From an uncultured Mycoplasmatota bacterium (GTDB taxonomy: Bacteria > Bacillota_I > Bacilli_A > RF39 > UBA660), in NCBI GenBank assembly GCA_900544625.1, contig UQVR01000002.1, positions 10,639 to 74,638 on the forward strand: 64,000 nucleotides of DNA, given 5' to 3'. Positions within the stretch are counted from its first letter, which is position 1, and the number at the start of each line of letters is the position of its first letter. The notes beneath the pieces are model-generated. The model did not search any database, had not been told where the DNA came from, and was given only the letters and a program-made list of their open reading frames with translations. The translations under genes and the position numbers were made by a program. This document shows positions 18,931 to 28,601 of the stretch, piece after piece.

Positions 18931-19397
18931 AAATCCTCCGTTAGTTTATCCATATTATAGTACACTTTATCTAATATATCGTAATAAGTTAATTGAATAG
19001 ATAAATCTACCACGAAAGGAAGACCATATCCTAACTTTTTTAATATTTTTTCATTTCTTAAAACAACTTCTGTATTACCTTCAAGTACTTTTTTATCTTC
19101 ATCATAAACAATAACATAATTACTTAATAGTGAATCTTCAATATTACTTGTAATATTAACAAAATTTACATTTTGCTTCTTTAATAATTCTATAATAGAT
19201 TTCTTCTCATTGCTACTTAAATTAAACCAAGATTCATTAAATACAACTCTTTTACTTGGAAACATTTCTAATTTTTCTTTTAATTCATCAAAAAACATAT
19301 TACTCCCAATAATTGAATAATCTTTGAATTGATTAAAAAATTCTTTATTAGCGTTATTAACAAGCAAAGTATAATTTACATTATCATCAAACATCAT
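18921..19397 (-). CDS. Degenerate EcfA1-like protein (ABC ATPase relic)
   Basis: LSSNEKKSII stands in place of LSGGQKQRV, and NITSNIEDSL in place of ITHDL. C-terminal GYGLPFVVDLSIQL...LTEDLW resembles the EcfA1 tail (GLDLPF...LVKELW). No Walker A or Walker B. Confidence 0.5.
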   Translation of the reverse strand: MMFDDNVNYTLLVNNANKEFFNQFKDYSIIGSNMFFDELKEKLEMFPSKRVVFNESWFNLSSNEKKSIIELLKKQNVNFVNITSNIEDSLLSNYVIVYDEDKKVLEGNTEVVLRNEKILKKLGYGLPFVVDLSIQLTYYDILDKVYYNMDKLTEDLWN

Positions 19398-19890
19398 ATA
19401 ATACTACACCTCCGGCTTCCAAGCTCTTTTTTACGTCTATTAGCCTTTGATTTGTACTTCCTCGAAACTTGCAATTCAAACTCTTTTTATCCATCATAAA
19501 TTTACCATCAACCAATACGTCTACATTTTTTAGTAAATCAAGCCTACTTTTATCACTAAGTAAAGCCTCATAAGTAAAGCCAGTGTATGCCCAAACGTTT
19601 AAACCAATACTTTTAGCAAACTTAGCTATTTCTAACGCTGCCTCAGGTTGAAAAAATGGATCTCCTCCAGACAAAGTAATCCCACTTTGATATTTCAAAT
19701 TTTTAAGTTTCATTTTTAATTCGTCAACATCCACAACTATTCCGCCATTCATATCATGAGTTTCCGGATTTTGACATCCTTTACAATTATGTAAACAGCC
19801 TTGAAACCAAATTACAGTTCTAATACCAGAGCCATCCAATATACTATCAGGTTGAATATCAGCTGCAAGTCTTACTACCATTATCTTCAC
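19387..19890 (-). CDS. nrdG: Anaerobic ribonucleotide reductase activating protein (radical SAM)
   Basis: FQGCLHNCKGCQNPETHD (CX3CX2C cluster) and a size of about 160 aa. Confidence 0.8.
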   Translation of the reverse strand: MKIMVVRLAADIQPDSILDGSGIRTVIWFQGCLHNCKGCQNPETHDMNGGIVVDVDELKMKLKNLKYQSGITLSGGDPFFQPEAALEIAKFAKSIGLNVWAYTGFTYEALLSDKSRLDLLKNVDVLVDGKFMMDKKSLNCKFRGSTNQRLIDVKKSLEAGGVVLYDV

Positions 19891-20797
19891 TTCTTTCTTT
19901 ATGTCTTTTAACTAAATTATTTATTTTAATAAAATGATGATTAACTCCAGATTTACCAATTTTATAATTATTTTCAAGTGTTACAATATCAGCTAATTCT
20001 TGCATTGATACCTCTGGATATTTCACCCTAGCATCCGCTACTATCCTTGTGTTTTCTTCAAGCAATCCAAATAAATCATGATCTTTTAAATAGTTAATGT
20101 TTTCAAGTTGAACTTGTCCAGTTCTAAAAGTTTTTTCTTGATTAGCAATCTCACAATTATTTAATCTATTAACCATATTTTTATGATCTCTATAAATTCT
20201 TATATCTTCAAAATAAAATAATGAATTCATTGCTTTAAATCTTTTTATTAAGTCACTTATAGATTCACTTGCTTTAATATAAACAATATTTTTATAGCCC
20301 CTTTTTATTAATTTTGATTTCATATTGAAATAATTAAGTAAATTAAGAACCTGTTTTGCAAGTCTTTCCTTAGTAAAAATAAACTCTAAATGATAACCAC
20401 TTGTACTTGGATTAGAAACATTACCAACTGCTAAGAAAGCTCCTTCTAAAAAGGCTATTTTTTCTTCATCACTTACTAAATCATCTACTTCTATTTTTAT
20501 ACCCACACTTATATCTTTTTTTATTAAATCAATTTTTTCTTTAATACTAAGAATATATATTTGCTTTACTTTAAATCTTTTTTGAATTCTAACCATTATA
20601 CTGGGACTAACCCCATATATTTCTTTTATTTCTTTATATATTCTTCTAGCGATACTAGCATTTTCTAAAGTAATGTTTATTTCTTCTTTATTAAATTTAG
20701 CAACGCTATTTAAAAAGGCTATCAATTCATATCTTGCCTCGATAATATTAATATCATTTTTAGCTATTTCTTCTTTTAAACTTGTAGTAAATGTCAT
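19859..20797 (-). CDS. whiA: DNA-binding protein WhiA
   Basis: LAGLIDADG-like middle region (FLEGAFLAVGNVSNP), a C-terminal HTH, and position after yvcK. Confidence 0.85.
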   Translation of the reverse strand: MTFTTSLKEEIAKNDINIIEARYELIAFLNSVAKFNKEEINITLENASIARRIYKEIKEIYGVSPSIMVRIQKRFKVKQIYILSIKEKIDLIKKDISVGIKIEVDDLVSDEEKIAFLEGAFLAVGNVSNPSTSGYHLEFIFTKERLAKQVLNLLNYFNMKSKLIKRGYKNIVYIKASESISDLIKRFKAMNSLFYFEDIRIYRDHKNMVNRLNNCEIANQEKTFRTGQVQLENINYLKDHDLFGLLEENTRIVADARVKYPEVSMQELADIVTLENNYKIGKSGVNHHFIKINNLVKRHKERSEDNGSKTCS

Positions 20798-21753
20798 TTT
20801 CTACCATCCATTAAATATGAAAATAATAAGTAACCTGTTTTTAATGCATCATGTCTATACCACCCATCTTCAATTGTAAATAATTTATCTTTTATGACAT
20901 ATATATTACTTTCATCTAATTCATGCATATCTAATAAAACAGGATCTTTTTGTTCTTCATTTCTATATTTCTTTGCTAAATCGCTACTTATTACTTCATC
21001 ATTAGCTATAACAACATCTATACTTCCTTTACCTAAATATTTTTCTAAATAATCTATATGATCTTTCACAGTAAATCCATCAGTTTCTCCAGGTTGGGTA
21101 AATAAATTACAAATATATACTTTTTCTCCTTTAGCTTTATTTATTACATCTACAAGTCCTTTATCAATTAAATGTGGGACAATGCTTGTAAGTAAACTAC
21201 CAGAAGAAAATATAATTAAATCTGCTTCTTTAACAGCCTTTATTACTTTAGGATTAACAGTTATTTCTTTATCATATTTTACTTCCACTATCTTACTTGC
21301 ACATTTAGTTAATTGATGTTCACCAATTACTTTCTTACCACTACTTGTAATGCCAACCAAATTTACATTATCTTCAGTTAATGGCAAAATATTTCCTTTA
21401 ACATCAAGTAATTTTTCCATCACAGGCATAGCACTAGCAAAATTACCTTTTAAATCCATCAAAGCCATTAATAACAAGTTCTTGACTGAATGAATACCTA
21501 AACTTTTCGATTTAGTAAATCGATAATTCATTAAATCTATTACATCTTGATTTGTATCAGCCATACTAAGCATTACTTTAGTAATATCACCAACCGCAGG
21601 TATTTTTAACTCACGTCGAAGAAGACCTGTGCTTCCTCCATTATCAGCAACAGATACTACTGCAGTAATTTCTACTGGAAATAATTTTATTCCTTTTAAA
21701 AGTTGAGAAAGTCCACTTCCTCCACCAAATATAACAATCTTTTTCATAAGCAA
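20794..21753 (-). CDS. yvcK: YvcK/CofD-family gluconeogenesis/cell-shape factor
   Basis: IVIFGGGSGLS N-terminus, GDI and GPGS-like motifs. Precedes whiA as in other Firmicutes. Confidence 0.85.
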   Translation of the reverse strand: MLMKKIVIFGGGSGLSQLLKGIKLFPVEITAVVSVADNGGSTGLLRRELKIPAVGDITKVMLSMADTNQDVIDLMNYRFTKSKSLGIHSVKNLLLMALMDLKGNFASAMPVMEKLLDVKGNILPLTEDNVNLVGITSSGKKVIGEHQLTKCASKIVEVKYDKEITVNPKVIKAVKEADLIIFSSGSLLTSIVPHLIDKGLVDVINKAKGEKVYICNLFTQPGETDGFTVKDHIDYLEKYLGKGSIDVVIANDEVISSDLAKKYRNEEQKDPVLLDMHELDESNIYVIKDKLFTIEDGWYRHDALKTGYLLFSYLMDGRK

Positions 21754-21778
21754 TCACACTAATAGTGTATCACAAATC

Positions 21779-22666
21779 TTATAAAAATGGAATATTACTT
21801 CTTTTAACTCCACCATTTACTTCATAGCATTTATCAATTATCATAAATGCACTTGGATCAATTTCTAAAATTCTTTTTTTCAATAAATAATAATCGCTAT
21901 TAGAAACAGCACACATTATCATCACACCATTTTTGTGAGAATATCCTCCAGTACCAGGAATTGTTGTAAAACCAGTTTGAAATTCTTCAAGTATAACTTT
22001 TTTAATCTTTCTTGTCTTTCTTGTATAAATATAAAACAATTTACTATCTGAAATACCAAACATAATTTTATCAACAAAATATGTAGAACAATAAAGAATA
22101 ATAAAAGAATAAACTCCTTTAGTAAAGCCAAACACTAACATACCAGAAAGTATAATAAAACCATTAGCAAATAACAAAGCCTTAGATTCACTAACTTTGC
22201 AATACTTATTTATTATTTGCATAATTATATCAGACCCACCCGCAGTAAAACCACTTCTATATATAAAACCACTGCTTATTCCATATAAACATATTGCAAA
22301 TAATAAAGTTAAATAGAAATCTTCTGTAACTAAATAGCTTGATAAAAAGTTTGCAACCGGCATTGATAATGTAACCATTAATGGATATAACAAGGAACCA
22401 ATAATATTTTTTTTAGTTGTACTCCATCCTAAGAATATAAAACAAATAATTAATAGTATAATATTTGAAATAAGTAAGAATACTGATGGTGTCCATCCAA
22501 ATAATTTTTGCATAACAATAGCAATACCACTAAAGCCAGATACAACTAAATCATTCGGAGTTAAAAATAAGTTAAAACACATTGCATAAAAAAATAATCC
22601 AAATACCAGTGAACAACCATCAAATATTATCTCTTTGTAATTAATTTTCTCCATATCTTCAACCAC
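21779..22666 (-). CDS. YitT-family membrane protein (DUF2179 C-terminal domain)
   Basis: Five or six TM helices, then a GFTTIPGTGGYS...MIMCAV soluble domain. Confidence 0.7.
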   Translation of the reverse strand: MVEDMEKINYKEIIFDGCSLVFGLFFYAMCFNLFLTPNDLVVSGFSGIAIVMQKLFGWTPSVFLLISNIILLIICFIFLGWSTTKKNIIGSLLYPLMVTLSMPVANFLSSYLVTEDFYLTLLFAICLYGISSGFIYRSGFTAGGSDIIMQIINKYCKVSESKALLFANGFIILSGMLVFGFTKGVYSFIILYCSTYFVDKIMFGISDSKLFYIYTRKTRKIKKVILEEFQTGFTTIPGTGGYSHKNGVMIMCAVSNSDYYLLKKRILEIDPSAFMIIDKCYEVNGGVKRSNIPFL

Positions 22667-22752
22667 TTTTCTATAATAATTATAAACTAATATTTATTTT
22701 TTAGCAATTATTAATATTAAAAAACATATATTGTTTTAGAGGTGAATATAAA

Positions 22753-23112
22753 ATGAATGGTAATTTCTACCAAAATCCAACATTTCCAAGTTCTAATTTC
22801 GGAACACCACCAGGAAACATGTCTGTATCTGAAGTAAATAATAGCAATTTACCAGATGAACAAAGCTATATTGAAAATATCCTAAGGTTAAATAAAGGAA
22901 GAAAGATAAAAGCTTATGTTTCATATCCAGACAGTAGTGCATGGCAAAACAAAGTATATGAAGGCATTATTGAAGAAGCAGGAAGAGACCATCTTATAAT
23001 CAGAGATAACACAAATAATCTTTGGTACTTAATTAGAATAATTTATTTAAATTATGTAGAATTCATGGAACCAATTATTTACTCACATAGTTTCTCAGAA
23101 AAAACTTATTAA
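22753..23112 (+). CDS. gerQ: Spore coat protein GerQ
   Basis: QSYIENILRLNKGRKIKAYVSY...GIIEEAGRDHLIIRD...YLNYVEF closely follows the GerQ/YwdL pattern. Confidence 0.8.
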   Translation: MNGNFYQNPTFPSSNFGTPPGNMSVSEVNNSNLPDEQSYIENILRLNKGRKIKAYVSYPDSSAWQNKVYEGIIEEAGRDHLIIRDNTNNLWYLIRIIYLNYVEFMEPIIYSHSFSEKTY

Positions 23113-23145
23113 AAAAAACTGATAGCACAACCTATCAGTTTTAAT
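23112..23145. terminator. Bidirectional terminator (gerQ / MBL hydrolase)
   Basis: Stem ctgatag/ctatcag with a 6-nt loop, an A-run before it and a T-run after. Confidence 0.65.
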
Positions 23146-23166
23146 TTTATTCAGCTATTATATTAT

Positions 23167-23673
23167 CTAATAATAATATTTAAAATTATTCTTTTCTCTT
23201 CCCAATGTACTTTTAGGTCCATGACCAGGATAAATAACTATATCATCGGGGTATTTACTAATTTTTTCTAAACTTTTTATCATATCTATATCACTACCAG
23301 TATCTAAATCGGTTCTTCCAATAGAATGATAAAACAAGAAATCGCCAGTAAACATAACTTTTTCATTTTTAAAATAAATACTTCTACTATCACTTGTATG
23401 ACCTGGAGTTTCAATTACTTCATATTCAAAGATACCACTTTTAACATTTTCTTCAAGTTTAAAATACTTCTTTAACTCATCCAAAGCTCCAATATGGTCA
23501 AAATGATGATGAGTAACAATTATCTCCACAACATTTTTACCCTTACATGCATCAATTATTCTATCAGCTTCATCACCCGGGTCAACAATAAAAGCATTAT
23601 TTCCAATACTACAAACATAACAATTTTCTTGCAAAGCGCCAACAACTAACACTTTAATATCCATATACATCAC
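23167..23673 (-). CDS. MBL-fold metallo-hydrolase (compact)
   Basis: THHHFDH zinc motif, PGHT, and GD later in the sequence. The start may be MDIKV at 23664. Confidence 0.8.
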   Translation of the reverse strand: MMYMDIKVLVVGALQENCYVCSIGNNAFIVDPGDEADRIIDACKGKNVVEIIVTHHHFDHIGALDELKKYFKLEENVKSGIFEYEVIETPGHTSDSRSIYFKNEKVMFTGDFLFYHSIGRTDLDTGSDIDMIKSLEKISKYPDDIVIYPGHGPKSTLGREKNNFKYYY

Positions 23674-24926
23674 CTAAACCACTGAGTTCTTGAATAGAAC
23701 CAACCACCTGCTGATGGATAACCTTCGGGTTTGATAGCATTTGCCATCCAATTACCAATAAAATATTTATTATTAGCAATTTTGCCTTTAGCAATACCAA
23801 AGTGTAAGTGTGTTCCAGTTGAACAACTTTCCCATTTTCTAGTACCAGCACCTCCACCTTGAAGGCCAATAACAGTATCCTTAGTTACAACATCTCCGGC
23901 TTTAACATAAACTTTTAACAAGTGAGCATATTGAACAGTATAATATTTACCAGCAACTTGCATCCAAATATATACTTGATTACCCCCACAAGTTTTAGTT
24001 TTCTTTGAATTATATGTTTTTTCAGCATTAATAACCATTGCAACAGAACCAGAACCAACTGCATAAACTTTAGTTCCTTCACCATTACCACCAATATCAA
24101 CAGCTTGATGAACCTTATAAGTACCAGGTTTTAACGGATTATTTCTAACGCCAAAATTACTATTTACTCTTCCCTTAATTAAAGGCTTTAACCACATAGC
24201 ATTTCCCATTACTCTAGAACATTCATCTAAGTCTTGATTTTCTTTACAACCCATTTGTTCATAAACTTTAATTAATTCTTTTTGAGAACTAATCTGAGAA
24301 TTAATATCTAAAGCAATATCATTTAAATCAGACAAATTATCTTGAAGACTATAAACTGCATCTTGATATGCAATAATATTTTTTTTTAAAGTTACTTGAT
24401 ACTTTTTCATATCAACTTGTAATTGTTCATTTTCTTTAATTAAGTCTTCTAATTTTTTTAGTCTCTCTTGTTGATAATTTGTTAATTCTTTAACAGCATC
24501 ACTTCTCATTATTAATTCTGTCATATTAGATGATTCAGTAATAAATTCCATATAAACATTATTACTTAACATTACTTGATAATAAGCAATTAATTCTTTG
24601 TTTTTTTCTTCTAATTCAGCAATCTTTTTATCAGTTTCTTCAATTAACACTTTTGCATTTTCTATTTTTTCTTTACTATTTGTTATCTCTTGATTGGCAT
24701 TATTTATCTCATTTTTTTTACTATTAATTTGACTTTGTGTTAAATTCTTTTTGCTATCATTTGCTCTTTTTTGAGCTTCCAAATCCTTTAAATCAGCCCT
24801 AAGACTTGCCAAAGTATTTGCAGACTTGGCATACGCATTTGATGGCTTAAATATAAAACATGACACAAATATAATTATTGCTAAAACATATCTTATGAAA
24901 TAACAAATTAATTTTTTTATACTCAT
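23670..24926 (-). CDS. Coiled-coil M23 (LytM) peptidoglycan metalloendopeptidase, FtsEX-associated
   Basis: Signal peptide, a long coiled coil, then HQAVDIGG (HxxxD) and GTHLHFGI (HxH). Directly downstream of ftsEX. Confidence 0.85.
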   Translation of the reverse strand: MSIKKLICYFIRYVLAIIIFVSCFIFKPSNAYAKSANTLASLRADLKDLEAQKRANDSKKNLTQSQINSKKNEINNANQEITNSKEKIENAKVLIEETDKKIAELEEKNKELIAYYQVMLSNNVYMEFITESSNMTELIMRSDAVKELTNYQQERLKKLEDLIKENEQLQVDMKKYQVTLKKNIIAYQDAVYSLQDNLSDLNDIALDINSQISSQKELIKVYEQMGCKENQDLDECSRVMGNAMWLKPLIKGRVNSNFGVRNNPLKPGTYKVHQAVDIGGNGEGTKVYAVGSGSVAMVINAEKTYNSKKTKTCGGNQVYIWMQVAGKYYTVQYAHLLKVYVKAGDVVTKDTVIGLQGGGAGTRKWESCSTGTHLHFGIAKGKIANNKYFIGNWMANAIKPEGYPSAGGWFYSRTQWFR

Positions 24927-24928
24927 AG

Positions 24929-25819
24929 TTACACCTTTAAATACTTTCTTACAGCTTTAATACTTCCATACATTCCTACTAAAGCTCCAATTGCTATAAC
25001 TATTAAAGAAACCCAAAATACAAATGGATATGGTTTTATTAACATAATCATATTTGAAAACAATTTACCATGCATTCTTGAATAAAGAATTACATATCCA
25101 TAAATAGTAATACAAACAGGAATAATTGAACCAATTAAGCCAATTATGAAACCTTCAAATAAGAAAGGTAATTTAATTGTAATATTGCTTGCTCCAACTA
25201 ATCTCATAATTTCAATTTCATTTCTTCTACTAAATATAGTTAGTTTAATTGTATTACTTATTAAGAAACTTGTTACAACTACTAAAGCAATTACTACCAC
25301 TACTACTATTTTTTGTACTATATCAAATACAGATATTACTTGTTCAACCATTCCTTCTCCATATTTAACAGTATCTACACCATTTATTGCTTTAATATAT
25401 TCACTTGTTTCGCTTAATTTTTTTACATCATTTACTTTTAATACGAATGAATCCATTAATGGATTTTCATCCAAATAATCTAAAACTGTTTTAAATGAGT
25501 CGTCATATTCACTCATTTCTAATTTCCACTCGTCTTTACTTTTAAATGTTACTTCTTCAACATTTTTATAACTTGATATTTCACTTTTAATATTATCAAT
25601 TTGTTCTTCAGTTACATCTTTTTTTAAATAAGTAACAATTGTTAATTCATCTTCAATTAACTTTGTAGCATTATTTACATTTGCTGCAGCAACAACAGCC
25701 ACAGCTACAAGTATTAACGTAATTGTAGTACACATAATAGATGCAAAACTCAAAGAAAAGTTTCTAACAACACTCTTAAGCGCATCTCTTATACTTCTAA
25801 AAAATATTCTAAACGCTCT
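24929..25819 (-). CDS. ftsX: Cell division permease-like protein FtsX
   Basis: N-terminal RSIRDALKSVVRN and four TM helices. Start set at MRAFRIF, overlapping the ftsE stop. Confidence 0.85.
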   Translation of the reverse strand, partial: RAFRIFFRSIRDALKSVVRNFSLSFASIMCTTITLILVAVAVVAAANVNNATKLIEDELTIVTYLKKDVTEEQIDNIKSEISSYKNVEEVTFKSKDEWKLEMSEYDDSFKTVLDYLDENPLMDSFVLKVNDVKKLSETSEYIKAINGVDTVKYGEGMVEQVISVFDIVQKIVVVVVIALVVVTSFLISNTIKLTIFSRRNEIEIMRLVGASNITIKLPFLFEGFIIGLIGSIIPVCITIYGYVILYSRMHGKLFSNMIMLIKPYPFVFWVSLIVIAIGALVGMYGSIKAVRKYLKV

Positions 25820-26510
25820 CATTTGTCTTATAACTTCCTTTCGCATAATCGCCGACAAGCACTCCATGATTAATAACTAGAACTCTTTTTTTCATTCTAT
25901 TTACTATATCTTTATCATGTGTGGCCATAATAATTGTCGTACCTAATTCCTTATTAATTTTTTCAATTACATTCATAATTTCTTCACTAGTTTTAGGATC
26001 TAAATTACCAGTTGGTTCATCACAAATTAAAAGCTTAGGCTCATTAACAATAGCTCTAGCTATACAAACTCTTTGTTGTTCTCCACCAGAAAGTTCTCCC
26101 GGAAATGATCTTACCTTTTCTTTTAGACCTACTCTTTCCAAAGCACTCATAACTTTAGGTCTAATTTCAGAGCCTTTCATGCCAATACATTCTAAAGCAA
26201 AAGCTACATTTTCATAAACCGTAAGTCTAGGCAACAATTTAAAATCTTGAAAAACAATTCCTTCTTTTCTTCTTAATTTATATACTTTTCTATTTCTAAG
26301 TTTACCCACATTTAAACCACCTACAAAAACAGTTCCCTTCGTAGGCTTTTCTTCTCTATAAAGCATTTTAATAAATGTTGATTTCCCACTTGCAGTAAGT
26401 CCTATAACAAAGACAAACTCACCCTTACTAACTTCTACTGACATATCAGCAACAGCAGTTATACCATTTTTATAAGTTTTATTAACATTTTTTAATTCTA
26501 TAAACTTCAT
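25809..26510 (-). CDS. ftsE: Cell division ATP-binding protein FtsE
   Basis: Walker A-like GLTASGKST, LSGGEQQRV, LICDEPTGNLD. Start MKFIELKNV lies after RBS ggagga. Confidence 0.9.
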   Translation of the reverse strand: MKFIELKNVNKTYKNGITAVADMSVEVSKGEFVFVIGLTASGKSTFIKMLYREEKPTKGTVFVGGLNVGKLRNRKVYKLRRKEGIVFQDFKLLPRLTVYENVAFALECIGMKGSEIRPKVMSALERVGLKEKVRSFPGELSGGEQQRVCIARAIVNEPKLLICDEPTGNLDPKTSEEIMNVIEKINKELGTTIIMATHDKDIVNRMKKRVLVINHGVLVGDYAKGSYKTNESV

Positions 26511-26639
26511 AGGATCCTCCACCATAATTATATCATTAATTATCTATTTTATAAATGGCAAATTTATGTAATTTACACTTATTTGTTTAACTTTCCTTGC
26601 TTACATACCATAATTTTAATATAATAATTACATACGGAG

Positions 26640-28259
26640 ATGATATTTTTGAAAAAAAATGAATTTATCGAAGGTGCACTAATAGCTACGATTGCTATAA
26701 TTTTATCTAAAATACTCGGAGTACTTTATGTAATCCCTTTTTATAATATAATAGGTGAAAATGGTGGTTCTCTTTATGGATATGCCTACAACATATACAA
26801 CTTTTTCTTAATCATATCTTCGGCAGGTATACCACTCGCTATAAGTAAAATTACTAGTGAATATAACACATTAGGAAAATTAAAAGAAAAAACATACATG
26901 TTTAAATATTCAAAAAAAATTATTAGAATATTTTCCATTGTATCATTTTGTATATGTTTCTTTGGCGCAAACTTAATAGCAAATGCTATCGTCGGAGATT
27001 TAACTGGTGGAAACACTGTATCAGATGTTGCTTTTGTAATTAGATGTGTATCATTTGCCATATTAGTTGTTCCTCTTTTAAGTATATTTCGAGGCTACTT
27101 ACAAGGACATCATTATATAACGGCTCCATCAATTGGTCAAGTAATTGAACAATTTGTAAGAGTCTTAATTATAATCGTAGGATCTTACCTAGCATTAAAA
27201 GTATTTCATTTATCAACTGCAGAGGCCGTAGGTATTGCTGTATTCGGAGCTTGTGCCGGGGCTTTAGTTTCATATCTATACCTTCTTATTAAAACAAACA
27301 AAGTAAAAAAAGAATTATTTGTACCTTACGAAGAAGTATCTGCAACTGAAAAGAAAACAATCTTAAAAAAATTAATTGGTTATTGTATTCCTTTTATAAT
27401 TATAAATGTTGCCAATAGTATTTATAACACTGTTGATATGATATTAGTTATCAAAGGATTAAATTGGATTGGTTATCCAGCCCAAGATATTGAAACAATT
27501 TCATCAGTATTTACCACCTGGGGAAGTAAACTAGTGAGTGTAGTAACAGCAATTGCAACTGGACTTGTAATAAGCTTAATACCTACAATCGTAGAATCAT
27601 ATACAAAAAAAGATATGAAAAAGGTTAATCAAGATTTTAATAAAACATTACAAGTACTATTATATGTCATATTACCCTTATCAATATTCTTAAGTATATT
27701 TTCAAAACAAGTATGGACAATATTTTATGGGGAAAGTTTCTATGGACCATTAATATTCAAATATACAATCCTACTTGCCATATTAGATTCTGCTTACATA
27801 ATGATATGTAGTGCTCTTCAAGGACTATCTAAAACAAAACTAATTTACATCTCTTGTGCAACTGGTCTAATTACCAAAACATTATTAGATATTCCATTAA
27901 TATTCTTATTTAATAAACTAGGTATTTATCCATTCTATGGTGCAATACTTGCAACAACAATTGGTTATTTACTATCACTTGCTATTCCACTTTACACTTT
28001 ACATCACAAATATAACTTTAGTTACAAAGAAACATTAAAATCAATACCAAAACTAATAGTAACTATTGTTATCTTAGTAATAATATGCTTAATTTTGAAG
28101 CCATTAGTATTTAATCACATAACTAGAAAATTACCAATGTTACTTGCCCTAGCGGGTATTGGGCTTGCCTCTTTAATACTTTATTACATAACGAATAAAG
28201 ATTTATTAAATGAATTAGTTGGTAACAGATTAATAAATAAGTTTAAAAGAAAGAAATAA
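26640..28259 (+). CDS. MOP-superfamily flippase (MurJ/SpoVB/YabM-like polysaccharide biosynthesis protein)
   Basis: About 14 TM helices, RGYLQGHH and other MVF-type motifs, 539 aa. Confidence 0.75.
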   Translation: MIFLKKNEFIEGALIATIAIILSKILGVLYVIPFYNIIGENGGSLYGYAYNIYNFFLIISSAGIPLAISKITSEYNTLGKLKEKTYMFKYSKKIIRIFSIVSFCICFFGANLIANAIVGDLTGGNTVSDVAFVIRCVSFAILVVPLLSIFRGYLQGHHYITAPSIGQVIEQFVRVLIIIVGSYLALKVFHLSTAEAVGIAVFGACAGALVSYLYLLIKTNKVKKELFVPYEEVSATEKKTILKKLIGYCIPFIIINVANSIYNTVDMILVIKGLNWIGYPAQDIETISSVFTTWGSKLVSVVTAIATGLVISLIPTIVESYTKKDMKKVNQDFNKTLQVLLYVILPLSIFLSIFSKQVWTIFYGESFYGPLIFKYTILLAILDSAYIMICSALQGLSKTKLIYISCATGLITKTLLDIPLIFLFNKLGIYPFYGAILATTIGYLLSLAIPLYTLHHKYNFSYKETLKSIPKLIVTIVILVIICLILKPLVFNHITRKLPMLLALAGIGLASLILYYITNKDLLNELVGNRLINKFKRKK

Positions 28260-28260
28260 C

Positions 28261-28494
28261 TCTATCAATATATCAAGATTAAAAGAAATTAGAGAAGACC
28301 ATGATTTATACCAAAAAGATGTTGCTAACCTACTTGGAATAACACAACAACAATATAATAAATACGAGCTAGGAATAAATGCTATTTCTTTAGAAAAAAT
28401 AAACATACTTGCTGATTATTACGAAACAAGTATAGATTATCTAACATGTAGAACAAATGAAAGAAAACCTTATAATAAATCAATTCTAAAATAA
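28261..28494 (+). pseudogene. XRE-family HTH protein reading frame lacking a canonical start codon
   Basis: Frame reads SINISRLKEIREDHDLYQKDVANLLGITQQQYNKYELGINAISLEKINILADYYETSIDYLTCRTNERKP*. It is open only from 28237. It has no ATG/GTG/TTG, and ATA sits where the Met is expected. Confidence 0.5.
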
Positions 28495-28564
28495 ATAATT
28501 TTAAAACATTAAATTTGCGATATACCATTTTTAAGACGTTTAATGACCCATTTTTAAAAATCAC

Positions 28565-28600
28565 AAAAAAAACTCTCAAAATTTATTGAGAGTTTTTTTT
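28565..28600. terminator. Bidirectional rho-independent terminator (gap / + strand genes)
   Basis: aaaaaaaactctcaa aattta ttgagagtttttttt, a perfect hairpin with A and T runs. Confidence 0.85.
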
Positions 28601-28601
28601 A

